Part shown: positions 45,846 through 54,475 of the stretch, piece by piece
Numbering within the stretch: the first letter of the stretch is position 1
How the letters are laid out: the number at the start of each line of letters is the position of its first letter
Assembly (NCBI GenBank): GCA_028864975.1
Contig: JAGWLG010000014.1
Coordinates: forward strand, 12,613-76,612
Direction: 5' to 3'
Origin: Thermoplasmata archaeon
Lineage (GTDB): Archaea; Thermoplasmatota; Thermoplasmata; Lutacidiplasmatales; UBA184
DNA length: 64,000 bases
Translations under genes and position numbers: made by a program
The notes under the pieces: model-generated
Database searches by the model: none
What the model was told of the DNA's origin: nothing
What the model saw: the letters and a program-made list of their open reading frames with translations, nothing else

Positions 45846-46877
45846 ATGTCTCCCTCCCTGTCCGTTCTGATCACTGCATACGGCCCCGCCCCATTCCTCG
45901 CAGAGGCGCTTCGTTCCGTCCGCGATCAGGTAGATCTGTCCCCCACGGACGACATCGTTCTCCTCACGGACAGGCCTAGGGACCTCGAAGCCTTGGGTTG
46001 GCCTCCTAAGGCCCCGCTCCCTCCCCTTCGCCTCGTCAAGCTCGACGAGCCGCAAAAGGGGAAGTTCTTCGCCGCAGGGTTCCAGGCCTGTCGAGGTGAG
46101 GTTGTGGCCACCCTTAACGACGATGACATCTGGGAGCCCCAGAAGATCCAGGTCGTTCGTCGAGCTTTCGAAGGGAACTCGTCTGCAGCCTATCACCACC
46201 ATGGCGTGAGCTTCTTCGGCCTTGGGCCGGTCCGTCCCCCGGGGCGGCACCGGCACGCACGGCGGCGCGACGGGGACCAGCGCACCCTCGTTCGCGGTTC
46301 GCGAGGTTGGGAGAGAAGTCTCGGTCGATACGACCTCGGTTTCAACGATAGCTCAATCAGTCTTCGTCGGGACCTGGTCCTCTCCCACCTCCCGTGGTTC
46401 GAACGGATTGACGCAGGAGAGGACACCTTCCTGCTCTTCTGCGCACTCACGTCGGCTAAGGAGCTACTGCTCGACCCGAGAAGTTTGACGCGATACAGGG
46501 TCCACGCCAGCAACAGCTCGGTGTCAGGCAACCGCGACGCTCCCGCGGCGGCCGATCGACTTCATCGTGAGTTCGAGAGGAGACTCAAGCTCTACCAGGT
46601 GCTCGAATCGATGGTGGGATCTTGTGCCCCGGAGCGCGAGGAGGTCCGAGCTTGGGCACAGCGAGGTGTCAGGCTCTCCGAGGCCGTACTCGCGGTGACC
46701 GGATCGAGCTCGTCCCGGAGGACACTCATGAAGGCGGCCGCGGGCCTTCTCGACGATTGGGACGAGTTCGACCCTCCCGTCAACCTGGCGGTCTCGGCCC
46801 TCGCCAGCCTCGGCGTCGCGTCGCGACCCCTAGCCACCCGGGTGCTCTTCCAGCTAGGGATCCGAACGGATATCTAG
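45846..46877 (+). CDS. Glycosyltransferase family 2 (paralogue of 29483..30865)
   Basis: SVLITAY, TLNDDDIW, FNDSSIS, EDTFL, YRVH. Confidence 0.88.
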   Translation: MSPSLSVLITAYGPAPFLAEALRSVRDQVDLSPTDDIVLLTDRPRDLEALGWPPKAPLPPLRLVKLDEPQKGKFFAAGFQACRGEVVATLNDDDIWEPQKIQVVRRAFEGNSSAAYHHHGVSFFGLGPVRPPGRHRHARRRDGDQRTLVRGSRGWERSLGRYDLGFNDSSISLRRDLVLSHLPWFERIDAGEDTFLLFCALTSAKELLLDPRSLTRYRVHASNSSVSGNRDAPAAADRLHREFERRLKLYQVLESMVGSCAPEREEVRAWAQRGVRLSEAVLAVTGSSSSRRTLMKAAAGLLDDWDEFDPPVNLAVSALASLGVASRPLATRVLFQLGIRTDI

Positions 46878-48098
46878 CGCCATGCGCTGAACTCTCCCAC
46901 CGATGGCGGAAGTCGATCGAAGGCCCCGCAGCGCCGCTCCGACCGCGTCGGGTGCGCTCGTCCCATTGATCAATGATCGAATGACCCCGCTCCAGAGCTC
47001 TGCCACGGTCTCTAGGCCGTAGAACCTTGAGCGCTCGCGGCAGTTCTCGCCCATTGTCGCGGCGTACCCCCGGCGACAAATCTCGTGCGCCTTGATCACG
47101 AACTGGGACGCGTTCTCGACGAGCCACCCTGTCCACCCGTCGATGACGGTCTCCCCCGGCCCCTGTCGCCCGTAGGTAAGGACCGGGGTCCCGCAGGCCA
47201 TGGACTCCACAGGGACCAGGCCGAAGGGCTCCTCCGTGAAGGGAAAGGCCGTGAAGAGCGCGTGGGTGTAGAGCGACTTGAGCTCCTCGTCGCTCACCCG
47301 GCCCAGCATCTCGACCTTCCCTCGTCGGGAGCCCTTGAGCCCGCCCTCCACCCATCCCGCGCTCTTCGAACCGAACACCTTGATCGGATAGTCGAGCTGG
47401 AAGAGCAGCTTCACCGCTTCCACGTCAGTCTCCTTCCCGAGATAGACGAGGATGTAGCTCCGCGAAGGCTGGGCCGAGGTGGGCGCGAAGGCGTGGGACT
47501 GGAGGAAGTGGGGAAGCACGCCGTGGACCTCGACCCCCCGGCTCAGGAACCAAAGCGCGTTGGCCGTACTGTTCGTGTAGATCCGCCGAACCCCGTGGGC
47601 CATCTTCCAGAAGTGTCGTCCATCGACCAGCCCGATGGGGGGTGCGGCGAGGCTGGCCATCCGACGTAGTGAGGGGGTGAGCGAGGGCTGGATCGTCCGG
47701 ATCGTCGTGCCCAGCGGTCGACCCATGATCCACCAGATGTCCGCGGGGAGCCACGTCGTCTGGGAGAAGTTCACGCGGAGGCCTGGGCGGCCTGCGAGAC
47801 GACGCTCGAGCAATCGACCGTTCAGCCCCAAGAGGGCGTCGCGCGCCCAGGAGAGCACGTAGGACGGCACCTCGTCTCGAGGATGTCGGGGGCTCGGGAA
47901 GCCGGCTCCGCCGTCCACGACCTCCACCCCAAAGGACTCGAGCTCGGCACGGACCTCTGTGCGCACCGCGATCGAAGCAACGGTGACCTCGAAGCTCTTC
48001 GCCAGCTTGCTGGCGAGGGGGGCCACCTGCCCGTACTGGACGAACTGAGGAGTGAGGAGAGGCTCGGTCACGAGCACTAGGCGTTCAGAAGTGGCCAT
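46854..48098 (-). CDS. Glycosyltransferase family 4
   Basis: YILVYLGKET, FPFTEEPFGLVPVESMACGTPVLTYGRQGPGETV. Confidence 0.9.
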   Translation of the reverse strand: MATSERLVLVTEPLLTPQFVQYGQVAPLASKLAKSFEVTVASIAVRTEVRAELESFGVEVVDGGAGFPSPRHPRDEVPSYVLSWARDALLGLNGRLLERRLAGRPGLRVNFSQTTWLPADIWWIMGRPLGTTIRTIQPSLTPSLRRMASLAAPPIGLVDGRHFWKMAHGVRRIYTNSTANALWFLSRGVEVHGVLPHFLQSHAFAPTSAQPSRSYILVYLGKETDVEAVKLLFQLDYPIKVFGSKSAGWVEGGLKGSRRGKVEMLGRVSDEELKSLYTHALFTAFPFTEEPFGLVPVESMACGTPVLTYGRQGPGETVIDGWTGWLVENASQFVIKAHEICRRGYAATMGENCRERSRFYGLETVAELWSGVIRSLINGTSAPDAVGAALRGLRSTSAIGGRVQRMALDIRSDP

Positions 48099-48255
48099 CC
48101 CTAGGCCTCCGGCGTGCGATGCACCCTCTGGGGGTGATTAGACCCTTACGTTGCACTCGCACAACGTGCGGAGGTTGGCCGAGCTCCGGTGGCGCTGGTC
48201 GTTGGACCTTTCTGGCCTCGGTTTCGCCAGTTGACCCCGGAAAGAGACACCGGGA

Positions 48256-49311
48256 TCATTGTCCCAAGGCCGTTGCACTCGAGGAAACGGAGGCCCGAGC
48301 ACTCTCTGAGAGGGCGGGCTCCTTCCCGTAGGGGAAGCGGGGGAGGGTGCTCGTACCGGCGGATTGACCGGACCCCCTGGCCCGGACCCGTTCCCACCGA
48401 ACATGGTCGCGTCCCGGGATCCAGCGGTCGACGGTCGCCAGCCCCGTCGCAACCACCTCGCCGACCAGAAGGGCCAACATCGCTACCGTAGACCCCGGAG
48501 TATCGCGAACAACTTCGAGCACTAGCGCAACGGCCTCCCCGGGATGGCGCTTCGAGAGCTCTCCGATGGTCGTGGGGCTCACCCCGGTCCGTTCCCTCAC
48601 CTGGACATGCCCGACGTGGATCCTTCGGCGCTGCCTCACGAGTCCGCCCCAAGAGCCAGGGACTTCGAGCTTGACGCGGGCCTCGGATGCATAGACCAAC
48701 TTCCCGCCTGCTTGGGTGAGCCACGCGCCCACGAACGCCCCATCGTTGATCACCCCAGCACGAAGCGGAGGCCGGGGGTCCGTGCTCAAGAGCAGGAGCT
48801 CGTCGGAGAGGTGCGTTCCTCTTCCGGAGCCTAGAAGTCTGCGATGCAACTTGTCGTGCAGCTCCCAGAGGCACGTGAGGCTCTTGCCGAGCAGGCCAGA
48901 GACCTCCTTGGGCACACAAGGTCGCCCCATCACGCCGAAGGGGGGGGAGAGCCCTCGCGAACTTTCGAGCAGGGCAGCGACCGCACCTAGCTCGGCGTAG
49001 GCATCTCCGTTGAGCAGCACGAGCCACCGGCCATCGGCCCTCGCGAGGACCTCGGCCAAGGCGGCCGCCTTCCCCCGGCGGTCAGGCTCGACCAGGACCT
49101 TGATGCGTGGGTCGCTCGCGGCGACCTCCTGGGCTTCCTCGACGGTGCGGTCGGTGCACCCGCTCGCCACTACCCAGATGGTGTCCCACGCGATTCCCGA
49201 AGGGAGGGTCTGGGAGAGGAGCGAACGGAGGGACCGGCCGATATGGCCCTCCTCGTTGTGGGCCACCACGCCGCCAACCAGACGGTGCGGGAGAACCGGA
49301 GGGGGCGGCAT
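48256..49311 (-). CDS. Glycosyltransferase family 2 with QxxRW-like motif
   Basis: AHNEE, ASGCTDRT, GKAAAL, LNGDA, INDG, RQRRRI, one C-terminal TM. Confidence 0.85.
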   Translation of the reverse strand: MPPPPVLPHRLVGGVVAHNEEGHIGRSLRSLLSQTLPSGIAWDTIWVVASGCTDRTVEEAQEVAASDPRIKVLVEPDRRGKAAALAEVLARADGRWLVLLNGDAYAELGAVAALLESSRGLSPPFGVMGRPCVPKEVSGLLGKSLTCLWELHDKLHRRLLGSGRGTHLSDELLLLSTDPRPPLRAGVINDGAFVGAWLTQAGGKLVYASEARVKLEVPGSWGGLVRQRRRIHVGHVQVRERTGVSPTTIGELSKRHPGEAVALVLEVVRDTPGSTVAMLALLVGEVVATGLATVDRWIPGRDHVRWERVRARGSGQSAGTSTLPRFPYGKEPALSESARASVSSSATALGQ

Positions 49312-49425
49312 GACCTGACCTGTAAGGCCCCGAGGTCAAATATGGATAGGCCGGCCTCACCGGGCGGTCGCCTACGAGAACCGGACCGGCCGGGCCGTGT
49401 GAGAGTTCGTTCGGCGGCGGCAGTT

Positions 49426-50814
49426 TCAGTGCCAGAAGAGGAGGACGATGTTCGCCGCGGCCAGGCCCCCCACCATCACGGGGAACGCCCGAACGATGTA
49501 GGTGCCCCACGAGACGTTCACCCCGGCCTTTCTCGCGACGGCGAGGCCTACCACGTTCGCCGAGGCCCCGATGGGGGTCCCGTTCCCTCCCACGTCGGTG
49601 CCCACGGCAGTGGCGTACACCATGGCGCCGACCGGGGGGCCTCCCGGGGTCGCACTGATGTGGGCGATGATGGGGGCCGCGGCGGCGGCGAGCGGCACGT
49701 TGTCGACGACGGAGGAGAGCAATCCCAGGCTCCAGAGCATCACCGAGGCTAGGAGGAGCACGTTCCTTCCCCCGATCGACCCCAGCCCTTGGGCGACCGC
49801 GCCGATGACCCCCGTCAGGTCGAGGATCCCCACCAAGAGGAAGAGGAAGAAGAAGAACCCCAGCGTGGCCCAGTCCAGCCCCTTGAGAAGCTCCTTCCAA
49901 CCCGACCTCCCGGCGACGAGGAGGGCCAAGAGAGCGCCGATGAGGCCGATCTCCCCCACGCTCGGCGGGATGTAGATATTGACCGCGAGGAGACCGATCG
50001 TTCCCGCGAACGCTCCCACCGCGAGGGCCACCCGGGTCCGGTCCAGCTGGGGGAGCGGAGGGAGCTCCACCGCCACCTTCCGCTCCTCCGCGAGCTTCTC
50101 CGTCAGGCCGCGGGCTTCGAACTCCTTCGCTTCCCTTCGGTGGAGGAGACCGAACCCCAGAAGGGTCACGACGAGAGATCCCAGGGCGAGGGGGGCGGCG
50201 TAGACGAGGAACTGGTCGAACCCCAGCCCGAAGTAGGTACCCAGGATGACGTTCGGTGGGTCCCCAACGAACGTGGCCGCTCCACCCACGTTCGAGCAGG
50301 AGATCTCGGCCAGCAGGAGGTTGACGGGGGAGGTCCCAAGGGCGCGGGCCACCTCGATCGTGATCGTCGCGAGCACGACCATGACCGTGATCGAGTTGAT
50401 GAACGCCGAGAGGGCGAACGAGAGGAAGCTCATCACCAGGAACAGGTGGTAGGGCCTCCCGTCGGACCAATCCGCGAGGCGGATCGCGACGTATTGGAAG
50501 ACCTTCAGTCGGTTGAGCAGCGCGGCCAAGAGGAACAGGCCGAGGAGGAGGCCGAGGGTGTCCCACTCGATGAACCCGCCGGGAGCCCCGCAGAGATGCC
50601 ACGGGCTGCCGTGCGGGTAGTACCCGAAGAGCGTGCAAGCGCTCAGGCTCGCGCTGAGGGCGACCCCCTGCATGGACGCCACCGCGACGACCCCTAGGCC
50701 CAACAGGGAGCATCCCGCCGCAACCCAGGTCTTCTTCTCCTCTTTCCAGGCGAAGAGGATGTACGCAGCGATGAAGATCCCGATGGCCGCATACCCGGCC
50801 CAGGAGAGGAACAA
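49426..50814 (-). CDS. ArsB/NhaD (IT superfamily, P-protein-like) permease
   Basis: SNVGGAATFVGDPPNVIL, SSVVDNVP, GGNGTPIGASANVV; about 12 TM. Confidence 0.9.
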   Translation of the reverse strand: MFLSWAGYAAIGIFIAAYILFAWKEEKKTWVAAGCSLLGLGVVAVASMQGVALSASLSACTLFGYYPHGSPWHLCGAPGGFIEWDTLGLLLGLFLLAALLNRLKVFQYVAIRLADWSDGRPYHLFLVMSFLSFALSAFINSITVMVVLATITIEVARALGTSPVNLLLAEISCSNVGGAATFVGDPPNVILGTYFGLGFDQFLVYAAPLALGSLVVTLLGFGLLHRREAKEFEARGLTEKLAEERKVAVELPPLPQLDRTRVALAVGAFAGTIGLLAVNIYIPPSVGEIGLIGALLALLVAGRSGWKELLKGLDWATLGFFFFLFLLVGILDLTGVIGAVAQGLGSIGGRNVLLLASVMLWSLGLLSSVVDNVPLAAAAAPIIAHISATPGGPPVGAMVYATAVGTDVGGNGTPIGASANVVGLAVARKAGVNVSWGTYIVRAFPVMVGGLAAANIVLLFWH

Positions 50815-50830
50815 GGTCGGTCCGCTCCCC

Positions 50831-51979
50831 CTACCTCCCTTGCGGGATCCCGTACCACTTCTCGAACCTCCTGAGGTTCTCGAGGCTCCCCACCACGAGG
50901 ACCAGGGTTCCGACTTCGAACCGGGTCGTGGAGGGGGGGTTGATGATGGTCTGGTAGCCGGGCCCGCTCCCCTTCCCGGTGGGGCGTGCGATCGCCATGA
51001 TCAGGCAGTCGGTCGCCCCGCGAACCTTCCCCTCGGCCTCAGGGAGCCGAAGGTTGGCGATCGGGGACCTCTCCGTGACCCTGTACTCCTGAACGTCCGC
51101 CCCGTAGGTGGCGGTCGTCAGGTCCTCGAAGGTGGAGGCCACCTCGGGACGGAAGGCAGCCGAGGCGCAAAGCCGACCCCCCATGTCGTCAGGGGACGCG
51201 ATGTAGGTCACCCCGGCCGCCTCGAGGGTCCGACGGAGCTCCGGACGGCTGATGCTGACGACGACCCTGATCTCCGGGTAGAGCGCGCGAGCGGTCAAGG
51301 CACCGATCAGGTTGTCCGTGTCGCTGGTGGAGGCGAAGATGATGGCGAAGGCGCCGTCCGTCCCGGCTCTCTTGAACGACTCCTCGCTCGTGACGTTCCC
51401 GAAGCACGCGAACACCCTCTCCTCGGTCCCCAGCTCGCGGACCAGCGGCACGTCGTTCTGGGACTCGCAGATCACCGCCACCGCGCGCTGCCCGGCGAGG
51501 AGCTCTCGGACCGCCGCCTTTCCGACCATGCTATAGCCTGCCACCACGACGTGATCCTTCATGTCCGTCCCCATGCTTCCTAGCGCGACCTTGAGGCGTG
51601 TCTCCGTGACGGCCCCAAGGATGACCGTAAGAAGGTAGCCCAGGAACCCGATCTGGAAGACCATCAGTCCGGCCCCCATCGCCCGGCCGATGACGGTGTG
51701 CGGCACAACATCCCCGTACCCGACCGTGGAGAGGGTGACGATGCCCCACCAGAGCGCATCCCCCAGGCTCAGCGTGGAATGGTTCTGCGCGTTGCATAGC
51801 GGCCCGACCGTCTGGGAGTAGATGCACGGCTGCGTGGTCTCGGCCCAATAGAAGGCGAGCGAAAGGCCGAAGTAGACGATGACGACGAGTATCGCGACCT
51901 TCCAGACCTTCCGGACGGTCTCGACCACGAGCCGAAGGTTCCGGCCCATCCGCCGCCGAGCTCGTCTCGTGGGGTCCAT
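50831..51979 (-). CDS. 2-TM potassium channel with C-terminal RCK domain (MthK-like)
   Basis: ALWWGIVTLSTVGYGDVVP selectivity filter; KDHVVVAGYS RCK start; TSDTDNL. Confidence 0.95.
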   Translation of the reverse strand: MDPTRRARRRMGRNLRLVVETVRKVWKVAILVVIVYFGLSLAFYWAETTQPCIYSQTVGPLCNAQNHSTLSLGDALWWGIVTLSTVGYGDVVPHTVIGRAMGAGLMVFQIGFLGYLLTVILGAVTETRLKVALGSMGTDMKDHVVVAGYSMVGKAAVRELLAGQRAVAVICESQNDVPLVRELGTEERVFACFGNVTSEESFKRAGTDGAFAIIFASTSDTDNLIGALTARALYPEIRVVVSISRPELRRTLEAAGVTYIASPDDMGGRLCASAAFRPEVASTFEDLTTATYGADVQEYRVTERSPIANLRLPEAEGKVRGATDCLIMAIARPTGKGSGPGYQTIINPPSTTRFEVGTLVLVVGSLENLRRFEKWYGIPQGR

Positions 51980-52034
51980 GGCCTCTCCCCCACGTCGCCC
52001 GCGGGGATGTCCACCGCCGTACAGCTTCTGAGAT

Positions 52035-52045
52035 AAAGCTTAATA
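52035..52045. promoter_or_regulatory. AT-rich TATA-like core between the divergent K+ channel and rpoK genes
   Basis: AAAGCTTAATA in a 76-nt divergent gap. Confidence 0.5.
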
Positions 52046-52055
52046 GAGAAGGAGG

Positions 52056-52337
52056 GTGGGCGGCTCCTTGCTCTCGCTCGCCGACTCCGAGGTGCTCAGG
52101 GAGATCCAGTTGCCCCAGACCGCGTCCTCCGCCCCCCGCCTCTCGCCGGGGTCCTACACCCGGTTCGAGCGGGCCCGCATCCTGGGGGCTCGGGCGCTCC
52201 AGGTCTCGCTCGGGGCGCCCATCCTCGTGGAGATCCCCGCGGGGGAGGTCGACCCCGTGGCCATCGCGGAGCGCGAGTTCGAAGCCCTCGTGCTCCCGAT
52301 CACCGTCCGCCGGGGCCGAGCCTCCCGAGCGGGCTGA
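52056..52337 (+). CDS. rpoK: DNA-directed RNA polymerase subunit K (Rpo6)
   Basis: [39 protein letters not shown]. Start may be TTG 52068. Confidence 0.95.
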   Translation: MGGSLLSLADSEVLREIQLPQTASSAPRLSPGSYTRFERARILGARALQVSLGAPILVEIPAGEVDPVAIAEREFEALVLPITVRRGRASRAG

Positions 52338-52357
52338 ACCTTCTGCAGCGAGGCGGG

Positions 52358-52873
52358 TCAGGCGGCTCCGGCCGCGCTCCCTGCTCGCGCCGCGGAGACA
52401 TGAGGCTCCCCGCGGGAGCGTCCAGTGGGTTCGGCCGATAGCGTCCGAAGGATCGTCCCTAGCCCATCGATCATCTGCCGGAAGTCGTGGAACGGCATCG
52501 AGGAGATGAGCGAATCGACGAGTCGGTCCCGCAGACGCCGGGCCTGCTCGAGCGCCTTCCGCCCGGGTCCGGTGATCTCTAGGATGACCCGGCGCCGGTC
52601 CTCAACGGACCGGACCCGTCGGACGTAGCCCTTGCGCTCCAACCGGCTCGAGAGGCCCGTGACGTCCGCCGGGGTGACGAAGAGGACCTCGCAGAGCTTT
52701 CGCGCGTTCGAGGGCCCGTCCTCCTCCAACGCCTTCAGGAAGAGGAACTGGCGCGCGGTGAGGTCGATACCGGCCATCGTCTCGTCCAACCGGTTCAGGG
52801 TACGCCAGTAGCAGAGGCGGAGGTTCCGGAGCAGAGCCTCGCGATCCTCTGGGGTGATCTCGGAGTTCGGCAC
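52358..52873 (-). CDS. MarR family transcriptional regulator
   Basis: DLTARQFLFL, VTGLSSRLERKGYVRRVRSVEDRRRVILEITGPG. Confidence 0.93.
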   Translation of the reverse strand: MPNSEITPEDREALLRNLRLCYWRTLNRLDETMAGIDLTARQFLFLKALEEDGPSNARKLCEVLFVTPADVTGLSSRLERKGYVRRVRSVEDRRRVILEITGPGRKALEQARRLRDRLVDSLISSMPFHDFRQMIDGLGTILRTLSAEPTGRSRGEPHVSAARAGSAAGAA

Positions 52874-52927
52874 AGGGGTCCCACCCGGCTTCGTTTCTTG
52901 AAGGTTGCCAGTGACGAGCCTGGACGA

Positions 52928-53722
52928 TCAGAGGCCGGCGTGCTCGAGCGCCGAGGGACACGCACAGCTCCCGGGAGCCCGCGCGAGCTCGGGAACGAGG
53001 GCCTTGAGCCAGTCCCGGACCCTGCGGACATTGTCCGTCAGTACCCGGACGACCTCCACGGCCTCGACGGGGTGGTCCGCCCATACATCGTAGTCTGTCA
53101 CCATGCAGATGGGAAGGTAGCAGAGCTCCCGCTCGCGTGCGAGCGGGCACTCCGGGACCAGGGTCATCCCGATGATGTCGGCGAAGGTCCGATAGAGCCG
53201 GCTCTCGGCCCGCGTCGAGAAGCGCGGTCCCTCCACACAAACGTAGGTCTTCCCCGAGGCGACATTTAGCCCTCTGCGTTGCGCGAGCACGAGCGCGGCC
53301 TTCTCGAGGCGAGGGCACACCGGGTCCGCCGTGGAAACATGGTAGGTCCTGCCCCCGTCGTAGAACGTGCTCTCCCTCCGCTTGGTCCAGTCCACGAACT
53401 GGTTCGGGATGACGAACTGCCCCGGAGGGATCTCCTCCTTGAGCGACCCGACCGAGTTGATCGTGACGATGAGGTCCGTGCCGAGGGACTTGAGCGCGTC
53501 GATGTTCGCTCGGTAGTTCACCCGGTGCGCAGGAGTGACGTGGCCCTTGCCATGTCGAGCGAGGAAGAGGACCCGGACCCCGTCCATCTCCCCCTCCTCG
53601 ATCGGAGAGGAAGGGGCTCCGAAGGGCGTCGAGACCCGGTGCACCTTCTTCCCCTCGAACAGGCCGCTCTCGTAGACCCCGCTTCCGCCAATGATCGCTA
53701 CCGTCGGTGGCCTTCCCGTCAT
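52928..53722 (-). CDS. mtnP: S-methyl-5'-thioadenosine/inosine phosphorylase
   Basis: IIGGSG, FLARHG, NYRANI, EGPRFSTRAES, GMT, TDYD. Confidence 0.93.
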   Translation of the reverse strand: MTGRPPTVAIIGGSGVYESGLFEGKKVHRVSTPFGAPSSPIEEGEMDGVRVLFLARHGKGHVTPAHRVNYRANIDALKSLGTDLIVTINSVGSLKEEIPPGQFVIPNQFVDWTKRRESTFYDGGRTYHVSTADPVCPRLEKAALVLAQRRGLNVASGKTYVCVEGPRFSTRAESRLYRTFADIIGMTLVPECPLARERELCYLPICMVTDYDVWADHPVEAVEVVRVLTDNVRRVRDWLKALVPELARAPGSCACPSALEHAGL

Positions 53723-53749
53723 CGTTCCGCGCTCCTCTCCCGCCACCCT

Positions 53750-54475
53750 TCAGCCCAACCGTCCCGCGGCCTTGAGCCCTTCGGCGACCATGCGGTCGCC
53801 CTCGGCCCCCACGGCGCGGGCGGCGCGGCGGAGGACCCTCGCCAGCGCCACCTCCGCCCGGGTCCGCTCGACCAGCGAACGGGCCACGTCCTGCTTCGGT
53901 TTGAGCGCGATGATCCCTCGTGGGGCCTCGAACCGCAAGAGTGCGTGGAGCATGGCATCCATGAGGTCGAGGTACCCCTCCGCTTCGCTCAGGAGCTCTT
54001 CGCCCAGCGCGGCCACCGCGAGCCTGCGGACCTCCCCCACGACATCGCCCATAGCGCCGAGATAGGCCTCGACCGGGACCTCGAGAGCGGTCAGGGAGGG
54101 GAGCGGGCGCTTGCCCACGACCGCTTCCAAGAAACGGGCTTCAGCGTACTCCTGGAGCGCGTCGCCGACGATCCCCTCACCTCCCTCACCCAGATGCTGC
54201 AGTCGGCGGACTCGAGGCGCTAGGGCACGAAGTGTCGCCCCCGGGTCCTCTCCGGCGTGGAAGCGGCGCATCGCGTCCTGCGCCGCACGGCGCACCACTC
54301 GGGCTTCTTCGAAGAGCCGGTCCCGCTCCTCCACCTTGCGAGAGAGCGCGCGTTCCGCCTCTAGAAGCTCCTGCTCCCGAGGGGTCGAAGGATGACGGGG
54401 ACGAGGGAGGGGGACAGGGGCATGGGGAGGACGATCCCCCCGGTCAGGAGTACTGCGTGAACGTCTGGTCATCAT
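53750..54475 (-). CDS. Translin/Trax family protein
   Basis: LQEYAEA and YLGAMGDVVGEVRR (acidic residues of the Trax nuclease site); LKPKQDVARSLVERT. Start uncertain. Confidence 0.85.
   Translation of the reverse strand: MMTRRSRSTPDRGDRPPHAPVPLPRPRHPSTPREQELLEAERALSRKVEERDRLFEEARVVRRAAQDAMRRFHAGEDPGATLRALAPRVRRLQHLGEGGEGIVGDALQEYAEARFLEAVVGKRPLPSLTALEVPVEAYLGAMGDVVGEVRRLAVAALGEELLSEAEGYLDLMDAMLHALLRFEAPRGIIALKPKQDVARSLVERTRAEVALARVLRRAARAVGAEGDRMVAEGLKAAGRLG

Larger units (their letters stand above)
35867..49311. other. Surface-glycan locus 2, starting just 3' of tRNA-Gly
   Basis: Four GT2, one GT4, one FkbM, three DUF2079-like genes and a Rieske ferredoxin. Confidence 0.75.

Noticed and set aside
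49082-50713. 543-aa alternative-frame ORF over the permease
   Set aside because: Low-complexity R/G/P translation from a shifted frame of a clear gene.
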